A stretch of DNA of 59,358 nucleotides from Trichoplax sp. H2 (Eukaryota): assembly GCA_003344405.1 (NCBI GenBank), contig NOWV01000297.1:1-59358 (forward strand), read 5' to 3'. Positions 52,501-59,358 of this stretch are shown here, piece by piece. The notes beneath the pieces are model-generated. The model searched no databases. It had not been told where the DNA came from and worked only from the letters and a program-made list of their open reading frames with translations. The number at the start of each line of letters is the position of its first letter. Within the stretch, counting starts at the first letter, position 1. Both the position numbers and the translations under genes were made by a program.

Positions 52501-52850
52501 AGGAAGCATCAGATGGAAGTTTAACGCTCTGTCGTCAACAGATTCAATATATGCAATAAGTAAACAAATATTGAATCTCTAAATATACAAATAGATTGAT
52601 TACTTGGCGAATTTTAACCTTCCAATCCACGTTCATTATTAAGTTAAACCCAGAATGTAAAGCTGTAATGATTTAAAATACTAACAAAGAGAATTTTGAA
52701 GTGTTGTCCAATATTGATCTATAGTTATAGTTTACTTGATCATAATGAATCAATGACCGGAAGACTATTCAATTTTTGTTCTAGTAGCGTTGGCAAAATG
52801 TGTTTACAGTATGCTCGTTATATCTTATTATTAAAGCCACAATTGCCTTC
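49569..52850 (+). pseudogene. Possible decayed multi-exon LRR gene (RI-like/NLR-type repeats)
   Basis: AG/GT-bounded segments translate to LRR-like peptides, several with in-frame stops: 49569-49623 LSIRDFFFINANQIIFYRG; 49946-50002 ILFDDVVDILYLSDY; 50274-50335 *FNVLYLDNNGLNDTLAKK; 50776-50888 ...*KLLERASRDLLQVLELS; ~52285 LVKLNFADNN. Confidence 0.3.
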
Positions 52851-55800
52851 ACAGAGATGACTTTCTGATCAGGAAATACCAGATTGTTATATAAGAAGTT
52901 GTTAATGATTTGATTTTCCTCTGGGACAGTCAACATTAAACTCAATGCTAGTATTAATGTCAAATCCTTATTTCTATACAAGTTTACGTTAAGTAGGGTT
53001 TATTAAATAGTGATAATAATACTTCGTGATGACATTATTTGTTTTTTCCTTTCCTTGCAGCTGGACAAGGTATTGTGTTGGTGCATAATGGCTTCGCTAA
53101 ATTTAATTTACTGACGTCGTTGTAATAAATGATGAATTTAATGTTGAAAAATGAATGCCTTGCATATTACCTAACAATTTGTTATTGCGTTCCATTAAGG
53201 CAAAACAATCGAAGTTATGTTCTGTATTGTGTCAAATTACATGAAAATTGGTATGTGAACAAGAATAAGTGAATGATAAAATGAAATTTTTTAACACCAT
53301 TGTTTAAAATTGGCAAATGATTTGAGTCGTTAAGATTGATTGATATTGAAAAAGTTTAAGCCTAGGTGTGTAGTAATCGTTTTGATTATTCCAGATTTGA
53401 AAGGATTTCATCATACAACGACGGCATTTACAACAGATGATGAGAAGAATTTCTTCATTGTAAAGGCTTGCTATTGATTGATGCATGCATTAAATTGGAA
53501 TTGATATAAAATGATTACACGATAGAGTAACCTAGTATTCGTAGCTGCCCATTTCAATATGTTCAAATTCATTGGTTGTCTACTTTCTGTCAATCAAAGA
53601 ACAGACTACGTAAACATAAGTTGGATGTGTACTAAAATAATAATAACTTTCATTTACAAATAAACAATTTACGAATTTCCTTCTTGTGGCTCGTTATTTT
53701 ACTCTTTACAAGGAATTTTAATTGCTTCTTTTACAGGAAGCATTCGTCATACTTTGCTTAAAGTGATATTTAATAGCAATCATTATTGTATAGTGTAGTT
53801 ATCCGTGCTTTGTACATAAAATTGAATTATAATTTATAAGTAGTGATCGAATTACTTTGGAAAAAGTGACAATTACGGATTGTAAAATAGAAACAGGCCG
53901 TATACTGTATTAGCGGTGAAATCACCCATAACTTTCTAGAATTTATTTCTTTTAATTAGAATCATTCAAAAGAGAGTGGTAATGGACAATTTCCTTTACA
54001 AATTGCCAATAATTAGAACAAGATTGATCAATTTTGAGGGAATCTACAGTATCTACGTTTCTATATAGTAAAACCAAACCCATTTTGATATCCTAAGCTG
54101 TGGCTAATTACGCTTTTGCTATGGCTATTAATTATCAGATGTCAACACACTTTTACGAATAATATGCTGTAAAAAATAACGCATATATAGCAGTGCAAAT
54201 TATAGACGCTGCGGCAAACTGGATAAATGGAGTGTTTATTACCGATTCATGGTTTGTGTCTGACATACTACGTTGTTAATTAGCTAATTAAATTATAATA
54301 ACTGCCTTAATTAACAGTACCTTTAACATTAATTTCATCATTTTTGATAGTTTTTCCACCGGTAGAACAAAGTATGACTAGTAGTGATCGAATCTTAATG
54401 ATATTTAAAAAGTATTTCTGCTATTCTGCTTTGCAATTCTACCTAATATTGTGCTCTATTCCCTCTCATTTACATTGCAATACATCGTGGTTTTCATCAT
54501 TTAATAAGGACACATTGAATTATCAATGGATACTAATTAGGATTAGCCATTATGAATGATCACGTAGAATTTTTTGAATATCCAACTCGTTTCTTAGTAT
54601 GCCATAAGAAATGAATAGATTCATTTATGCTACTAAACATTTAATTTTGACCGGTAGTTATTTCTAAACGCTGTCTGTTACTTAATATAGCGGATTTTGA
54701 CCTTAAAACACTATGCGTATACGCTGTAGGAAGTAATAGTAGCTAATATGCTTACTAAGAAATGTATTTTATATTTAATGATAAATTATATACTGAAATA
54801 ATCGTAATTTACTGGATACTAATACCTGAAATAAGTTACTATACGCGTATATTCAAGTTACTTATCGTATTGTAAATTGAATTAAATACTGGAAAGATCA
54901 TGATTTGCTGTAGGTCTAATATCAATTTGACTAGATACTGATAGCTGAGGTGAGTTGCTGTAGGCATATATTCACATTATTTATCGTATTCCTTGATGAA
55001 AGTACAAATGTATAGCTATGTTGTAGTTTTAGTCAGAACTTATTAAGGCTAAAGCTATCGAATTTCGTCTGTTCAGCGGAGTAAATTGTATTCCTTCACA
55101 TCACAAATTATATTGATGGGAGGGGGGAGGAAGGTTATTGCAAGAATTTTAGATAATCAGCAGCAATAATATTCTCTGTTTTTGACAAAATTAATCATGT
55201 CGAAAAAGTCAAGAAAACAATGAAATAACGTAATTTTATAAAAAAAATAAAATGAAAAGCATCTTCATAACATGAGGGGAGGGAGGAAGATTTTTACAAC
55301 AGAATTTCGACAGGTATAGCATAATCATTTAAAAGTAGATGACAATGTTGTCTATCCGATGTTAACGCTCTTTGACAATAATTTTATTTTGCTAAATTGG
55401 AATAAAACGAAATCATTTTCTTTAACTATATGTAAAGGTCATCAGACTAATGAAATTTTTATTAATTATGTTATTAAGACATCATATAGATACTTGAGTT
55501 ATGACAGGATCACAATAGTTAATTGGTCTTGATATATTCAATCAATATTGAAAGATCCGTTCCGACCACCTACTAAGGAAGCTCGGTATAATTCGTATTA
55601 AGGTTACGAATATAATTTCCAAATTGGTCGTTATAGGCGATATTTATTACGGTAACTCACATTAGACATACTACTAAAGAAGCTCAATGCGATCAGTATT
55701 TAGGATATGAATGGAGAGTTTTACCTTTGGTTCCCTCGATCGGTATACATCCATGAAAAATTTTACTCGAATGGATCAGTGGCATAGATGTATACAGAGA

Positions 55801-56861
55801 CCAGTTACCAATACATTAATGTACTGATAGGCTAGCATACAATTCGAATAAATAATAAAATTAATAAGAAGTACATAAAAGTCATGAATAGACGAAAATT
55901 CATTTGCAAGAAAATTGGATTATCCTTAATCACATAACTTTATAAAGTGATAAAAAAGGCGTTAGTTCTAAATTACAGTACAGTACCATAGAAATAAACC
56001 AACACTTCTTAGTTATTATTGAGAGTTGTTTATTCATGACAACATTTTCTCTAATTAATTTATTTGCTCGTAACTAAGTTCAGTCTGATAGAATAACAGG
56101 AGTTGAATGAATGCACTGAAAGGCAGTGCGATACTGCGGTATCATCAAGCAGTAAAAAACAAATCAGCCATAATTATCGTTCATGTCAATATGCAAATTG
56201 CAATAATAAGGAATGTACATTGTACAGGTATTCAACTGGAAATAATCGTCATGTTATATAGGCTAATTGATAGATCTATAGATAAGTTGTTATCCAATTT
56301 GGGTCGAGTTACTAGCAGTAAATCGCCAATCTAATTATGTTATTATTTGATTTAGATTGTCACTCTCTGGAATACAGTCTAGTTGTAATATAATTGGGCT
56401 TGCATGCAATCATTGGAAAGCCTAATCAAAAGATAGGAGGCTTTCTTCATTTTATTTACTATTAATCAATTTAATGATGACTTTCATACATGCGCAAGTG
56501 GTATTTGCGAAATCAGTTGTTAGTGTTGGATGGCATCCTGACTGTAGTCTGTAAAAGCGTTTTGGCAATTTTTACAGGAATATTGACTTCAATTGATTGC
56601 CAATTTTTTTCCATGTCAGGCTTGAAGTAAAAGAAGTTGATAGTTCTTCTCTATGACCTATTTAGCCTGGCAATGTTGCATACTGGCACTCTTGTATTCA
56701 ATCGTGTCATCTGCAATCGGCGATCATACTGAGCTTTAGTGTTGGAGCATAGGTAACTAATAATTGGCCCCGAATTATCTAATTTAAGATGATTTTCAGG
56801 TCGTTTGATTTTTCTTTGGACTACAGAAAGTAGCGCATATACACTTCGCTATTTCTGAGCC

Positions 56862-56970
56862 GATAGTATATTGCAATAGCAATCAATAGCCATATATTTA
56901 TCTACATAAGCATATCAGATAGTATATTGCAATAGCAATCAATAGCCATGCATTTATTTACATCAGCATA
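56862..56970. repeat. 56 bp tandem duplication
   Basis: GATAGTATATTGCAATAGCAATCAATAGCCAT at 56862 and 56918. Confidence 0.85.
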
Positions 56971-57792
56971 CCATATATTACAGTATATGAAGACAGGAGA
57001 GTATTGTCAAAACTACAGTAGAATAGTAGTAATATTTGAAGAAACTGACTGGGACTAAGAAAAAAATTAACATCGTGAGAGCAGAGCAAGAAGTGCAATA
57101 AAGTAGCAAATTCACGAGAGAAGAATTACTCTTATTACGAGATTGAAGAAATTTCGATGTTCAATGCTAAGAAACATTTGATATCTTACACTCTAGTTCT
57201 TTCATTATAACTATTTTATTCCTCTACTTTCTTATACTGTACTTAAGCGTATGTTACACTTGTTATAAATTCAACTCACAACCTGTCTTTACCTACTGCA
57301 TTCAGATTATTAAGGTCTTTACGTTGTCTAGACTCATCTATGTACCAGACTTAAAATTGTATACTGGCTGGCTCTGTTTATGCATGAAGGTCTAAGACTG
57401 GGTAAACCTACATTGAGAATTGTAATATATTCTAGAGACTTAGCTTAAATGCTACGTTTTTCATAGCACAGGTATTTACATCAATATGCGTATACCAGTT
57501 TACAAAGTGTAGAGCAGAGTGTGTTGTAAAATAAAGCATTTTGTCCGTAAAAACTACAAAATGACTTAATGCATATAAAAATTCGTAAGAGAAATAATTT
57601 AAAAATATACCATTGGAGAGGCTAGAAAGAATGCTAGCTGAAAGTATAATTTTAATTAAGTAAACTACTCTAGTTTTAGAGAAACGAAGGTGCAAATATC
57701 GTGCATTACAGTCCTGTAGCGAGGTAGCAGTAATTTTCTAGTTAGCCTGCAGACTGGAAATAGCTTTGTCTACAGCTGCCACGACCTGTAAG

Positions 57793-57965
57793 TTGTGACT
57801 AGGGACTACTCAACTCAAAAATGTTCTCCTATATTAAAAATATATGGGACTTGTTAATACTGTAGATTCGTTGCCAGTCCCGTATATTTTTAGTATAGGA
57901 GAAATTTTTGAGTTACGGCTTTGAGAGGAGAATTTTTAGTTAAGTAGTTCCTAGTTGTGACACAA
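57793..57965. mobile_element. Fold-back / MITE-like long inverted repeat
   Basis: 57793-57851 is the near reverse complement of 57876-57914 plus 57926-57965; 24 nt loop; part of the right arm is duplicated. Confidence 0.6.
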
Positions 57966-58389
57966 GGAGATCATATAAACTGAGTACACTCTACTGTACC
58001 TTGGTTGATCCAGTAAAACTACCTTGTAACCTAATATTAAGTACGATTAATCTTCAAATATGAGATTCTGTGCTGATATAATCGTTCCATCTCTACTTTT
58101 TATCCTACAGATAATTCTATGATCAATGTGTATACTATTCTACTGTATTATCGGCATTTTAGCTCAATTGACATAGTAAACCATTGGCGCGTCTGTCCTA
58201 ACATGAAATTGAGAAGGAAAAATCGAAATAATAAATTAGCAGTTTTAGCACAGCTCCAGCACAGCAAGATGTGCTATGAAATGCCAATTCGTCAGATTTG
58301 TCGTTCCGAGTCGGATCAGTTTTTAGAGAAGAAATATTTTTTAATCGGATTTCGGAGTGAGACATAGCATTTTGATGGACCTTTTACTG

Positions 58390-59358
58390 TACAGTGTGCA
58401 GTAAGAATGAATCACAAAATGAAAGAAACTACATTTTGTTTTCATTATTTAGTATCTGTATGGTGCTGATGAAGAATACAGTAAAAATGAATCACAAATT
58501 CAAAGAAAGTGCATTTTGCTTTCATTATCCAGTATCTCTATGGCGCTGATGGAGAACACAGTAAGAATGAATGACAAAATGGAAGAAACTACATTTGCTT
58601 TCATTATCCAGTATCTCTATGATGGCGATGAACAACACAGTAAGAATGAAACTACAATTTGCTTTGCTATGGTGCTGATGAAGAACACAGTAAGAATGAA
58701 TGACAAAATGAAACTGCATTTTGCTTTTTCTACGGTGCTGACGAAGAATACAGTAAGAATGAATGACAAAATGAAACTATATTTTACTTTTCTACAGTGC
58801 TGATGAAGAACACAGCAAGAATAAATGATAAAGTGGAAGAAACTATATTTTGCTTTCATTATCCAGTATTTCTATGGTACTGATGAAGAACACAGTAAGA
58901 ATGAATGACAAAATGGAAGAAAGTACATTTTGCTTTCATTATCCTATATCTCTATGGTGCCGATGAAGAACACAGTAAGAATGAAACTACGTTTTGCTTT
59001 GCTATGGTGCTGATGAAGAACACAGTAAAAATGAATGACAAAATGAAACTGTATCTTGCTTTGCTACGGTGCTGACGAAGAACACAGTAAGAATAAACGA
59101 CAAAATGAAACAACATTTTGCTTTGCTACGGTGTTGACGAAGAACACAGTAAGAATGAACGACAAAATGAAACAACATTTTGCTTTGCTATGGTGCTGAT
59201 GAAGAACACAGTAAAAATGAATGACAAAATGAAACTGTATCTTGCTTTGCTACGGTGCTGACGAAGAACACAGTAAGAATGAACGACAAAATGAAACAAC
59301 ATTTTGCTTTGCTATGGTACTGACGAAGAACACAGAAAGAATGAATGACAAAATGGAA
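58390..59358. repeat. Modular satellite/minisatellite (50, 62 and 80 bp unit variants), runs off the window edge
   Basis: Core A(T/C)GGTGCTGA(T/C)GAAGAACACAGTAAGAATGAA starts at 58460, 58540, 58619, 58669, 58732, 58794, 58874, 58954, 59004, 59066, 59128, 59190, 59252 and 59314. Confidence 0.97.

Noticed and set aside
58460..59358. Hammerhead ribozyme in the satellite (CTGA(T/C)GA and GAAAC in most units)
   Set aside because: Core words are present, but by eye stem II does not pair beyond one A-U, and no stem III-UH-stem I arrangement forms; a covariance-model search would settle it
58390..59358. CRISPR array, or coding repeat ORFs (58516+, 58525-, 58617-)
   Set aside because: There are no unique spacers and no cas genes, the context is eukaryotic, and most unit lengths (50/62/80) are not multiples of 3

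Overview
AT-rich animal genomic DNA with many short GT-AG introns and no prokaryotic features. The overall style suggests a compact non-bilaterian genome such as a placozoan (Trichoplax-like); this is an inference. Left to right the window holds: (1) three single-coding-exon rhodopsin-class peptide-receptor-like GPCRs on + (4.4, 12.0 and 15.1 kb), the last two arising from a ~3.1 kb tandem duplication; (2) a ~38-exon VWA3A-like gene on - (about 28.1 to 17.9 kb, ~1100 aa), reconstructed by hand, largely missed by the ORF track, with an RFX X-box upstream; (3) a ~260 bp tandem array around an assembly gap (29.6-31.5 kb); (4) an intronless group E Sox gene on - (39600 to 38527) with dimerisation, HMG and K2-like motifs and a clean TATA/Inr promoter, lying in a ~30 kb stretch with no other intact gene; (5) weak traces of decayed LRR-type genes, a Helitron-like end, a fold-back hairpin and a modular satellite at the right edge. 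The most notable hypothesis is that the SoxE + peptide-GPCR + VWA3A neighbourhood echoes vertebrate SOX8/SSTR5/VWA3A-type linkage.
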